Source: a virus | IMG/VR virus record: IMGVR_UViG_3300009502_000036 | Coordinates: 14,092 to 78,091 of that record | Reading direction: 5' to 3' (one strand) | DNA: 64,000 nucleotides | In this document: piece by piece, positions 46,585 to 56,600 of the stretch | How positions within the stretch are numbered: the stretch's first letter is position 1 | Layout of the letters: each line of letters starts with the position of its first letter | Notes under the pieces: generated by a model | Databases searched by the model: none | What the model saw: only the letters and a program-made list of their open reading frames with translations | Told to the model about the DNA's origin: nothing | Program-made: the position numbers and the translations under genes

Positions 46585-48768
46585 TTGGCAAATAAGAAAA
46601 TAACAGAACTACAGAGACTCTATCCATACGAGATGACATCATCTGATTGGATGATTATCGTAAATGGTTCGGGTTCTGGTTTAGAAACTAAGAAAGTTTC
46701 TGTAGGTGATCTATTTAATGGTAGCACTTTAACTAGTAATGTTTCTTTTGGAAATACTGCTCTATTTGTAGATACATTAAATAAGAGAATTTCTATTAAT
46801 GGAATGCCTTATTTAACAAATAAATTTAGTGTTTATGGTGATTCTTTCATTGATGGTAATATTTTTGCTACAGGAAAGATAACTGTACAAGGTGACTTAG
46901 AAATTGGAAATACAGATACCGATAAAGTTACATTCAATGCGGATATATCATCTAGTCTCATTCCTCTTACATCAAATACTTATAATTTTGGTACTACAAC
47001 AAAATATTGGAATGATTTATTCATAAAAGATGTTTACGTAAAAAGAGATATAGATGTAATTCGTAATGGTATTTTTCATTCTAATGTTTCTATTACAGGA
47101 AATACAACAATAGGTAAAACTCTTGATGTAGGTCAGACTTTAGATGTTACTGGTAATACAATTTTGTGGTCAGATCTTGCTGTAAATGGAGGTGACATGA
47201 CCACAAATCAGACAACCTTCAATATATTAAATAATACGGCAACCACCATAAATGCGTTTGGGGCTGCAACTACTCTTAATATTGGTTCTTCAAATGGTAC
47301 TGCTACATTTAAAAATATTGCATCATTTAGTAAAGATGTTACTATTACAGGAAATTTAAATGTTTTGGGAGCAGCATCGATAGATTATCTCTATGCAACA
47401 GGAAGATCAACATTTACTTTAAGAAAAGATGAGGTCGTCGCTGGATCTGGTAGTATTATTATACATTCAGGTTCAGGTTTAGGACAAGACAGAACTTTTC
47501 AATGGGATAATACAAATAATAGATGGAGTTTAGATAATAACACCTATGTTTCTGGTACTTTTATTTGTACAGGAAATATTACTACAAGTGGAGATCTTGC
47601 TGTAAATGGAGGTGACATGACCACAAATCAGACAACCTTCAATATATTAAATAATACGGCAACCACCATAAATGCGTTTGGGGCTGCAACTACTCTTAAC
47701 ATAGGAGTTTCTGGTGGTAATGCCACATTTAATAGCAATTTAATTGTGACTGGAGATCTAACAGTAAATGGAACTACCACAACAATAAATGCTACTACTT
47801 TAGTAGTAACGGATAAAAATATAGAGATAGGTAAAGTTACTACCCCTACAAATATTACAGCGAATGGTGGTGGAATAACTTTACATGGAGCTACTGATAA
47901 AACAATTATTTGGGATAGTGCTAATAGTAATTGGTCATCAAGTGAAGATTGGAATCTCCTTAGCAGTAAAGTATTTAAAATAAATAATGTTTCTGTATTA
48001 AGTTCTACTACACTTGGTTCTACCATAACGGGTTCATCCTTAACTTCGGTTGGTACAATTACAAGCGGTACCTGGTCTGGTAATTTTGGAGCAGTTAGTG
48101 GATCTAACTTAACTTCATTAACTGCTGGTAATTTGAGTGGCACGATTCCATCAGGAGTATTAGGTAATTCCACTGTTTATATCGGTACCACAGCAGTTCT
48201 CTTAAATAGAATTTCAGGGGCACTTGCATTAACAGGAATTACTAGTATTGATGGTAACGCTGCAACCGCAACTACATCTACTAATCAATCTGGTGGTACT
48301 GTATCAGCTACTACTGGTTCTTTCTCAGGAGTTGTTACCCATAGTATATCTACAGGAACTGCACCGTTTTCAATTACTTCTACTACAGTAAATACTAATC
48401 TTAATGCAGATTTACTTGATGGTCAACATGGAAGTTATTTTGCACCTATAGCAGCACCAGATTTTACTGGTAATCATATAGGAATACCGAGTGGTGCAAC
48501 TTCGGCAAGACCAACTGGTGCAACTGGATATTTTAGATTTAATACTGATCTAATTTCATTTGAAGGATATAATGGTACTTCTTGGGGTAGTGTTGGAGGT
48601 GGTGCAACTGGTGGTGGTACAGATCACGTATTTGTAGAAAATGACATACACGTTACAACATCATATACAATAACAAGCGGGAAAAATGCACATAGTGCTG
48701 GCCCTATAACTATAGACAGTGGTGCTGTTGTTACTATTCCAACAGGCTCAGTCTGGATAATTTCTTAA
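46585..48768 (+). CDS. tail fibre protein
   Basis: ANKKITEL N-terminus, GDL.VNG repeats, NLNADLLDG, RFNT....FEGYNG..W; late promoter at 46545. Confidence 0.8.
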   Translation: MANKKITELQRLYPYEMTSSDWMIIVNGSGSGLETKKVSVGDLFNGSTLTSNVSFGNTALFVDTLNKRISINGMPYLTNKFSVYGDSFIDGNIFATGKITVQGDLEIGNTDTDKVTFNADISSSLIPLTSNTYNFGTTTKYWNDLFIKDVYVKRDIDVIRNGIFHSNVSITGNTTIGKTLDVGQTLDVTGNTILWSDLAVNGGDMTTNQTTFNILNNTATTINAFGAATTLNIGSSNGTATFKNIASFSKDVTITGNLNVLGAASIDYLYATGRSTFTLRKDEVVAGSGSIIIHSGSGLGQDRTFQWDNTNNRWSLDNNTYVSGTFICTGNITTSGDLAVNGGDMTTNQTTFNILNNTATTINAFGAATTLNIGVSGGNATFNSNLIVTGDLTVNGTTTTINATTLVVTDKNIEIGKVTTPTNITANGGGITLHGATDKTIIWDSANSNWSSSEDWNLLSSKVFKINNVSVLSSTTLGSTITGSSLTSVGTITSGTWSGNFGAVSGSNLTSLTAGNLSGTIPSGVLGNSTVYIGTTAVLLNRISGALALTGITSIDGNAATATTSTNQSGGTVSATTGSFSGVVTHSISTGTAPFSITSTTVNTNLNADLLDGQHGSYFAPIAAPDFTGNHIGIPSGATSARPTGATGYFRFNTDLISFEGYNGTSWGSVGGGATGGGTDHVFVENDIHVTTSYTITSGKNAHSAGPITIDSGAVVTIPTGSVWIIS
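47172..47699. repeat. 108-bp exact direct repeat within the tail fibre gene
   Basis: 47172-47279 = 47592-47699, 420 bp apart. Confidence 0.9.
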
Positions 48769-48778
48769 CGATAAAATA

Positions 48779-49279
48779 ATGGCTACTCAAATAGATGGAA
48801 GTTTAGGAATTAATAAAGTTAATCCAACAGCATTACCAGGTATTATGCCTGCTGGAAGTGTGTTGTAGGTTGTGAGTGCTACTTATAGTACTATTGAAAA
48901 TACATCATCAGTAACATTTTCTAATACTGGAATAACAGCAACTATTACACCTAATAGTATAACAAGTAAAATCTTAGTGTTAGTTAGTATTAACGGTTGT
49001 GGAAAATATACTACAAATACAGCTGGTGCATTAAGAATTATAAGAAACTCAGTTCCAATAATAAATATAGATAGCATGATAGGATACACAAACAATACAA
49101 ATACTGTAGATGGATCAAGTTCCGCAACAATACTTGATTCACCAAGCACAACAAGTTCTATTACATATACAGTACAAAAAGCATCAAGTTCCAATAGCAA
49201 TTATTTTTATATAAACGATTACTATAATACAATAGGTCCCACAACTTCAACTATAACCTTGATGAAAATAGCAGGATAA
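48779..49279 (+). pseudogene. tail-fibre-associated gene interrupted by an in-frame TAG
   Basis: ATG48779 reads MATQIDGSLG...PAGSVL*VVSATYS with TAG at 48866-48868 where the usual motif is GSVLQVV; in frame with track ORF 48872..49279. Confidence 0.75.
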
Positions 49280-49298
49280 CAACAAAACAAATACTAAA

Positions 49299-49682
49299 AT
49301 GAAACCAACAATTATAACAGCAATACAGGCACTAATTCCTAATGTGTCTATAGCAATGTCGTCTGATGTTACATATGATACGGGATGGGATTTCCCACAT
49401 GCTAAGTCTGTATTTACAGACTCAGATAACAACCCAGTGGTTATCTGTTGGGAGCAGTATACAGTTGCTCCATTAACACAAGAACAAGTTAATGCAGAAA
49501 TCAACAGACTGCAGAGTGAGTATGATAACACAGAGTATCAAAGACTTCGTGCATTAGAATACCCTGATATGTATCTATATTTAGATGCTGTAGTCAAGGG
49601 AGATTTAGTTCAACAGCAACTCTACATTGATCAATGTCTTGCTGTCAAGGCAAAGTATCCTAAACCAACAGGAGTGGTATGA
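49299..49682 (+). CDS. fibre-associated/assembly protein
   Basis: EYQRLRALEYP...LDA...C.AVKAKYPKP, common after phage fibre genes. Confidence 0.65.
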   Translation: MKPTIITAIQALIPNVSIAMSSDVTYDTGWDFPHAKSVFTDSDNNPVVICWEQYTVAPLTQEQVNAEINRLQSEYDNTEYQRLRALEYPDMYLYLDAVVKGDLVQQQLYIDQCLAVKAKYPKPTGVV

Positions 49683-50275
49683 GTGGATCAGTGAATTTAG
49701 TTAGTTCAGGTGGTGGTAGTGTAGCTATCATCCCTCCAAATACAGCTTCGGATTACACGCTGACAGCTCCAGCAAGTACAGGCGTTATAGCACAAGTATT
49801 AGTTGGTGAAGTCAAAGCCTTTATTACAGGCACAGTACCAACAGGATACTTGGAATGTGATGGTGCATCAGTAAGCACAACCACTTATGCGGGACTATAT
49901 GCCATTATTGGTTACACCTATGGTGGTTCCGGTGCATCCTTTACCCTTCCAGACTTCAGAGGCAAATTCCTTCGTGGATGGGCACATGGTTCTGCTAATG
50001 ACCCTGATGCAGCCAGTCGTACAAATAGAGGCGATGGGACAACGGGTGATCATGTTGGTACGTTGCAGGGGAATCAATATGTCTCGCATACTCACGCGCC
50101 GACGATTGGTCGGAACGGATCATCAGGAGGAAGTAACGTCGTCTGCGTAGTTACCACTACGGGAGTCTATGTGGCACCTGCGTATGGGGACACTGGCGGC
50201 ATAGCAATTGTTGCGTCAGGCGGCAACGAAACCCGCCCAATCAACATCAACGTCATGTACATAATCAAATACTAA
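49679..50275 (+). CDS. tail collar domain fibre protein
   Basis: PTGYLECDG, Y..LYAIIG.TYG, F.LPDFRG.FLRG, SHTH, ETRP.N....YIIKY. Confidence 0.9.
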   Translation: MSGSVNLVSSGGGSVAIIPPNTASDYTLTAPASTGVIAQVLVGEVKAFITGTVPTGYLECDGASVSTTTYAGLYAIIGYTYGGSGASFTLPDFRGKFLRGWAHGSANDPDAASRTNRGDGTTGDHVGTLQGNQYVSHTHAPTIGRNGSSGGSNVVCVVTTTGVYVAPAYGDTGGIAIVASGGNETRPININVMYIIKY

Positions 50276-50276
50276 A

Positions 50277-50609
50277 ATGAAAATATATAGTTACACAAAC
50301 ACTGGTGAATATATATATTCACAAGACGCATCTCTTGACCCTCTTGAATTAGAGTTAAATGGTAAGGAAATATACCTACTTCCTGCATTTGCAACTTTTG
50401 AAGTTCCACCTGAACCACAGGAAGGCAAGTTAATTTTGTGGGCAGGTAAATGGGAGCTAATTGATATACCTAAACCTATTATTCAAGAAGAACCTATTGT
50501 TCCACCATTATCAAAAGAAGAGCAAGATGCTATTGATTTAGAGGTTCTTATCCAGGATAAAATAAGACAACAGGCTATTGAAGCACTTAAAGCAGAAGGG
50601 AAGATATAA
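50277..50609 (+). CDS. tail fibre assembly-like protein
   Basis: YSY...GEY, DPLE, LLPA.AT...PP, W...W; follows the collar gene. Confidence 0.65.
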   Translation: MKIYSYTNTGEYIYSQDASLDPLELELNGKEIYLLPAFATFEVPPEPQEGKLILWAGKWELIDIPKPIIQEEPIVPPLSKEEQDAIDLEVLIQDKIRQQAIEALKAEGKI

Positions 50610-51836
50610 ATGAGCATAGTAATAGATCCAAATAAAGGTTTAACCATACCTGTACTCACGACCACGCAGAAGAATGCGATTGTGAGTCCGAACACGGGAG
50701 CTATGCTATATGATAGTTCTTTAGGTAGAGTTGAAGTCTATAATACAAGTACTTGGAAATTAGTAGGTATTGATTTCATAGAATCTTACTTCTTCAGATC
50801 AACAAGAATGACGGGTGGTAACAATCCTGCTGTTGGGCAGTATACTGGTTCATCTACGGTAGCGGAATGTAGAAGTGTTAATATTCCTGCTATGCAGTTG
50901 AGAGTTAATTCAAGTTCTTTGATTTCACCTACAACCTTAGTAAAAGATTTAAATACCGCTGGAAATTGGGATTCTGCTACTTATGCAACTGCGGCAAATC
51001 GCGCCGGAAAAGACTTTTATCTCTATGCTTGCCTGCCTACATCGAGCGTCGTGCCTGATTTTATACTGAGTGCAAATACAACTTATCCATCCGCGATACC
51101 GTCTGGAGCAACACCTTCTGCAACAAACACTCGTAAGGTTGGTGGATTCCATTGCCTTTGTGTAGCAGTTGGAACTATATCTGGGCATGACCTGACAGGA
51201 TATTTGGCAGGTGATATTCTTCCAAGGTCTTGTTGGGATTTACAACATAAACCAATTAGTTCTGTTGAGGGTATGGTTTATGGAAAACATGGGCAGTGGG
51301 TTGACATCTACTTACCTTCGGTTACAGGAGGCGAACTCGTTTCTGTAAATGGTGGAACTATTGCTGATGGCGCAAGTGCAACAGCTTTTCATGCTTATAA
51401 GTTCGATCAATGGTTTGGTAGAATTGGTAAGAAATCTATAGCTTCTCTTGAGTTTGTTGCTGCATCTATTGGAGCAAATCAAAGTACAAACATTGCAGGT
51501 TTGGCTGACCCCGGAACTACAGGAGGCCATACAGATACTGCTGGTCGTAGGATGATTAGCAACATAGGTTGTGAGGATATGTGCGGTGTTTTGTGGCAAT
51601 GGGGAAGAGAACAAGGCGCAATTGCAGGAGCGACCGCATGGGCTAATGCTTATGATGCCAATGATTCAGGCGTAGGTGGACAACATTACAACGCACCAAC
51701 GCGCCCTTATTTCGGCGGTAATTGGAGTAACGGTGGGATTTGCGGTTCGCGTGGTTCTCTATGGGCTGGTGGCGCTCTGAATCTGAGTTCTGATTGTGCG
51801 AGTCGGGGTTGCACGGAGCCAGCATATTTTGATTAA
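50610..51836 (+). CDS. DGR target protein, Mtd-like receptor-binding protein with C-terminal CLec-type variable region
   Basis: GGFHCLC, WVDIYL, GCEDMCGVLWQW, GGNW...GSR; 3' end matches the downstream TR. Confidence 0.9.
   Translation: MSIVIDPNKGLTIPVLTTTQKNAIVSPNTGAMLYDSSLGRVEVYNTSTWKLVGIDFIESYFFRSTRMTGGNNPAVGQYTGSSTVAECRSVNIPAMQLRVNSSSLISPTTLVKDLNTAGNWDSATYATAANRAGKDFYLYACLPTSSVVPDFILSANTTYPSAIPSGATPSATNTRKVGGFHCLCVAVGTISGHDLTGYLAGDILPRSCWDLQHKPISSVEGMVYGKHGQWVDIYLPSVTGGELVSVNGGTIADGASATAFHAYKFDQWFGRIGKKSIASLEFVAASIGANQSTNIAGLADPGTTGGHTDTAGRRMISNIGCEDMCGVLWQWGREQGAIAGATAWANAYDANDSGVGGQHYNAPTRPYFGGNWSNGGICGSRGSLWAGGALNLSSDCASRGCTEPAYFD
51699..51817 (+). repeat. DGR variable region (VR)
   Basis: 119-nt gapless match to 51876-51994; 22 mismatches, 21 of them at TR adenines. 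Confidence 0.95.
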
Positions 51837-51841
51837 TAAGT

Positions 51842-51859
51842 TTAACCAATGACGGTTAA
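51842..51859. other. candidate DGR target-recognition hairpin downstream of VR
   Basis: ttaacc-aatgac-ggttaa, 6-bp stem about 25 nt after the VR. Confidence 0.45.
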
Positions 51860-51875
51860 TGAGATAAGAAGTATT

Positions 51876-51994
51876 ACGCGCCCTAAATTCAGCAGTAATT
51901 GGAATAACAGTGTGATTTGCAGTTCGCGTAGTTCTAAATGGAATAATGACACTCTGAATCTGAATTCTAATAATGCGAGTCAGGGTTGCACGGA
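51876..51994 (+). ncRNA. DGR template region (TR)
   Basis: AAT/AAC-rich copy of the VR lying between target gene and RT. Confidence 0.95.
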
Positions 51995-52119
51995 TACAGG
52001 CGGTGAGTCAAATAGTCTGGCTGACTTCTTATCTTTGTCACATACGTAAAGTATTGGCAAAACACACAACGACTAACTGTTTCGGGTTAGTAGTGTAACC
52101 GAAAGTCCGAAATAGTATT

Positions 52120-53217
52120 ATGAAAAGACATGGCAATTTATGGGAAAAGATTACATCGCTTGATAATCTTCATGAGGCTTATATTCAAGCAAGAAAAGGT
52201 AAAAGATGGCAAACTAAAATAAAGACTTTTGAAAAAGATGTAGATGGTAATTTATTAGAATTACAAAAGTCTTTAATAAATAAAACATACGCAACTTCAG
52301 AATATAGAGTAAAACGCATATACGAACCAAAGGAACGTGATATTTATATATTGCCTTTTTATCCAGATAGAATTGTTCAACATGCTCTTTTAAAAATTGT
52401 TATTCCGATATGGGACGGGTTAATGATTCATGATTCGTATGCTTGTAGAGAAGGTAAGGGTATGCACCAAGCAAGTAGAAAGGTGATGTTACATATTAAT
52501 AAATACGATTATTGTTTAAAATGTGATATTAGGAAATTCTATCCAAGTATTGTGCATGATATACTGATGAACATTGTACGAAAAAAGATTAAGTGTGAAT
52601 ATACGTTATGGTTAATAGAGGATATTGTTAGATCGTTTCCGGGTGGAAAGAATACCCCGATAGGAAATTATACAAGTCAATGGTTAGGTAATCTGACGAT
52701 GAATGAGTTAGACCAATGGCTAAAACACACTAAGAGAAGGAAAGCATATATAAGATATTGTGATGACTTTGTTTTATTTGATAATGACAAAGCTGAGTTA
52801 CACAAACTAAAAAACGATATTGAGGTATTTTTAAAAAATGAGTTAGAACTAACATTTTCTAAATGGTCAATATTTCCAGTAACACAAGGACTTGATTATT
52901 TGGGGTATCGTCATTTTAAGACAAAGGTTTTATTAAGAAAATCAACAGCTCGAAGAGTAAAGAAAAGAATTTCGTCATTACAAAGTAACTTTGATAAAAA
53001 TAAAATAAATATAGAACAGTTTCGTTCTTCGATAGCAAGTACAGAGGGTTGGTTACGATGGTCAAATAGTTACAACTTGAGTAATTCATTAAAAATAAAA
53101 GAAATAAAGGAGAAACATGATTGGATTTCCAAGAACAATAGGAACAAAACACGATGTAGAAGTCTTGTTGCAGATACTTCCAGTAGAAACAAAGAGTTAT
53201 CTTTCATCTTTAATTGA
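52120..53217 (+). CDS. DGR reverse transcriptase
   Basis: EPKER.I, DRIVQHA, S.ACR.GKG.H, LKCDIRKFYPSI, PIGNYTSQ (DGR SQ signature), YIRYCDDF, DYLGY. Confidence 0.96.
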   Translation: MKRHGNLWEKITSLDNLHEAYIQARKGKRWQTKIKTFEKDVDGNLLELQKSLINKTYATSEYRVKRIYEPKERDIYILPFYPDRIVQHALLKIVIPIWDGLMIHDSYACREGKGMHQASRKVMLHINKYDYCLKCDIRKFYPSIVHDILMNIVRKKIKCEYTLWLIEDIVRSFPGGKNTPIGNYTSQWLGNLTMNELDQWLKHTKRRKAYIRYCDDFVLFDNDKAELHKLKNDIEVFLKNELELTFSKWSIFPVTQGLDYLGYRHFKTKVLLRKSTARRVKKRISSLQSNFDKNKINIEQFRSSIASTEGWLRWSNSYNLSNSLKIKEIKEKHDWISKNNRNKTRCRSLVADTSSRNKELSFIFN

Positions 53218-53404
53218 TGAGATTCCACAGTGGTATGAAGTTGAATTAGTTGGAGAAGGTGTTACTGACGACACTCATAAAGTAATTGAGAATAAAGGTA
53301 TTGATGACGTTATTACTTTTACTCAATACGAATTACGAGATAATCCTAATGCAAAATTATTTCAACTTGGATTTACAGTAGATGAAGTAAAGAATATAAT
53401 TTAA
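53117..53404 (+). CDS. small conserved phage protein overlapping the RT 3' end
   Basis: MIGFP...TK.D...QYEL..NPNAKLF.LGFTV.EV; does not resemble the Avd four-helix bundle. Confidence 0.65.
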   Translation: MIGFPRTIGTKHDVEVLLQILPVETKSYLSSLIDEIPQWYEVELVGEGVTDDTHKVIENKGIDDVITFTQYELRDNPNAKLFQLGFTVDEVKNII

Positions 53405-53542
53405 AAACTAACATTATTAATTTAAAATAAATACATAAAATGGATTTTCGACAATAACCCTATTAGAAATAGGATAGTCACATATGGACTTATCATTATT
53501 AAGTAAGATATAAATACCATCTACTATAATAAAGTATATCGT

Positions 53543-53580
53543 AAACAAAAATATCCTATAAAAGTAGGATATTTTTGTTT
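53543..53580. terminator. bidirectional terminator closing the fibre/DGR unit
   Basis: perfect 16-bp stem aaacaaaaatatccta-taaaag-taggatatttttgttt. Confidence 0.8.
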
Positions 53581-53636
53581 ATAGAATTTCTTATAAATAC
53601 ATTTATAGTTTATACCAACATATTAATACGTACCAA

Positions 53637-56600
53637 ATGTCACGTACATTCGATGTAGCTCCATTTTTTGATGATTATCTTACCCCTAATTCTGGTGGTT
53701 TAGCTAAGAATTATTATAAAGTATTATTTAGACCTGGTCGTGCACTTCAAGCACGTGAGTTGACTACTGCACAAACAATTCTTCAGAATCAATTGGGATC
53801 TTTTGGAAAATTCTTTTTTCCAGAAGGTGCATCTATATATGGTGCAAATAAATTCTTATATACGCCTCTTGATTATGTTATTGTTAAGAGTACTTTAACA
53901 GACACTACAGTTCTTCCAAAAAATCCAACTGGTGATGGTTTTCTTAACTTTAAGGTTGGTGATGTTATTAAAGGAGCTACCTCTGGAATAACAGCTGTTA
54001 TTCAGTTTGTTTCTCCTGCAGAAGCTGGAACGGATCCTGATATGATATTTGTTAAGTATTTAACTGCAAATACGGATATAGTTACCTCTGTTACAACGAG
54101 CACATTTTTGCATAGTGAATCTCTTACTCACGCAAATTCTTCTGTTGAAATTGCAGTAACTTCCGACGTTGATTTCTCTTATGGTCATGGTATTTCTGTT
54201 AATTCTGGAATAATTTTCACAAAGGAACTTTTTATTCAAACAACAGATCAGTCATTGTTATTTGATAAATTTTCTACAACATCTAATTCTAGAGTTGGTT
54301 ATGTTGTTACAGATAAAATAATTAGTTCTTTAGATGATGTTTCACTTAAAGATAATGCTCAAGGATATCCAAACTATTCTGCGGATGGCGCAGATAGACA
54401 TCAAATTAGTCTACAATTATGTAGTTTAGGTTATGATAATGATTGGGTGGCAAATGAAGTTGTAGAATGGACTTCTGGTGTTAGATATCATAAAAATAGA
54501 AAAACTAAATTACCCGGATCTTCAGAAGTCTTTGTTTGTATTCAATCCCATGTATCAACTCTAGGATCTTCAAGCAATAGACCCGTATCTAATTCTGATA
54601 GTGAATATTGGGTACAAGCAATAAATTTCATAGAAATTTGTCGTATAAAAAATGGTGGATGGATAACAGCAACATTGGCTGCGCCTGATGCTAACATAGG
54701 GTTTTCCAAAAGTACGTATGATACTCTTTTAAAATTAATTGAAAAACGAGATTCTCTTATTCATGGAGATTTTACAATTAAACCATTTGGCTTAAAAATA
54801 AAAGATAACGATACTTCTGGTATTAATATTACAAATAATTTAGTAGAATCTAACTCTAATATATACATCGAACAAACAGTTGCAAACACCTCTCAACTCT
54901 TACTATCAGTTGATTTTGGTCACGCATTTAAGGATGGTCATGAAGTAATTACTCAAACTCCTGAATTTTTTGTGCTAGATAAACCAAGAACTGCTAAACA
55001 TGTTAAAAAATCTTCTGATTATTCACCAGAAATAAATTATGGCAACTACATGTTGCTCCAAAACGTAAATGGTTACTTTGATATACAAAGACATGAAACT
55101 GTAAGTTTCTATAATGCAAACACTCATGTTGCTGGATGGTCAAACACCTCTCATGAGATTGGTACTGCTAAAATTAGATATTTCGATATTAATTCAGGTC
55201 GCAAGACGGAAACTGCAAACACTGCAAGTCCTCATTACCCAACTTATCGTGCGTACTTGTATAATTTTAAAGGAATAAAACCAGGAGAAGCTAGAGCTAT
55301 AAAGGGTGCTTATGGACACGCAGATACAAAGGTTAGTGTAACAACTCTTACAAGTCTTGCAGGCGGAAATATTAACGTTGCTACTGCAAATGTATATGGA
55401 GAAATGTTTGAAACTGGTTTGGAAAATAAAAGTGTTTTTCAATTAAATCCAAATTATGTTCAATTTTTATATCCAACTAATACTTCAGGTGTACCAATTT
55501 ATTATACATATAAAGATTTTGATGCGAAATTTGTTAGAGTATCGAAGACATTGGGGGGTATTTCTACAAATGTCTTTGAACTGAGATCTGCAAACACGAA
55601 TGCACTTTTTACAGAAGCAGATTTTGGTTCAGAATTGGGTAATGGTCTTGTTAATCCCATGAATGAAGTTGATCTTGCAGAAGCAAATTATACTTTGTTT
55701 AATATGAGTTCCATGAATGTTGAAATTTTTTCATGTGGATCTGAAATTAACGTTACACATGGAAATATTATTCCAGAAGACGCTATAGCCGGAGAAAGCA
55801 ATTGCGATTATAAATGGACATCAGACCCTACTCCTAAATTTTCTGTTTATTTTGCAACTTCTAATGTTAGTGTTACAACAATACCTGATATTAAGCTTCG
55901 TGTAAAAATGGGAATACTTGATGCAGTGTCAGATAAAAAGGTTTATAATCCTTGTATAACAACAAAACTACTTTCTACAGAAACATCTACACATCAAGGA
56001 TATAATTCTAAAGAAATATCATTATTTGAACCAGATGTTTATTCATTAGATGCTGTTTATATGGCGGGAACTGGTAATACTTCTCCAGCATTCCCTACTA
56101 TAGAACTTGACATGTTTTCTGGAACATTTCTTGGAGGAGAGACTTTTTATGAAGTAAATTCTCTTACTGGTATAGCTACAGGTGTAACTGGTAAACTAAT
56201 AGCAAATATACCTTCTAGTAATACGTGGACATTTATTCCAAAAGGATCTATCAATGGAATGTATACTATAAGTGCAAACAATTTTGTTATTGGAGATACT
56301 TCTGGTTCTGGTGCTAGAATACCAGAAAGTCCTATCATAAACGCTGGGTTTATGGATATTACAGGAAGATATGAATTAGACAATGGACAAAGAGATAATT
56401 ATTACGATTGGGCAAAAATAAAATTGCTTAAGGGTAAAACTGCGCCAACAGCACCTATTTTAATAGTATATAGTAAGTTTGATACCCAGTATGGAGTTGA
56501 TAATGAAAAAACTTTCTATTCTATAAATTCTTATGGATTTTTTGCAGGAGATGAATGGGTTGGTTGGTATGTTGCTGGAAAAGATCGTCTCAAATATTCT

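Noticed and set aside
51849-52049. 66-aa ORF resembling the target C-terminus
   Set aside because: It is the conceptual translation of the TR, which acts as an RNA template; there is no independent evidence it encodes a protein.
52120-53217. RT as a group II intron, retron or Abi RT
   Set aside because: The SQ motif, lack of maturase/endonuclease domains and adjacent TR/VR pair identify a DGR RT.
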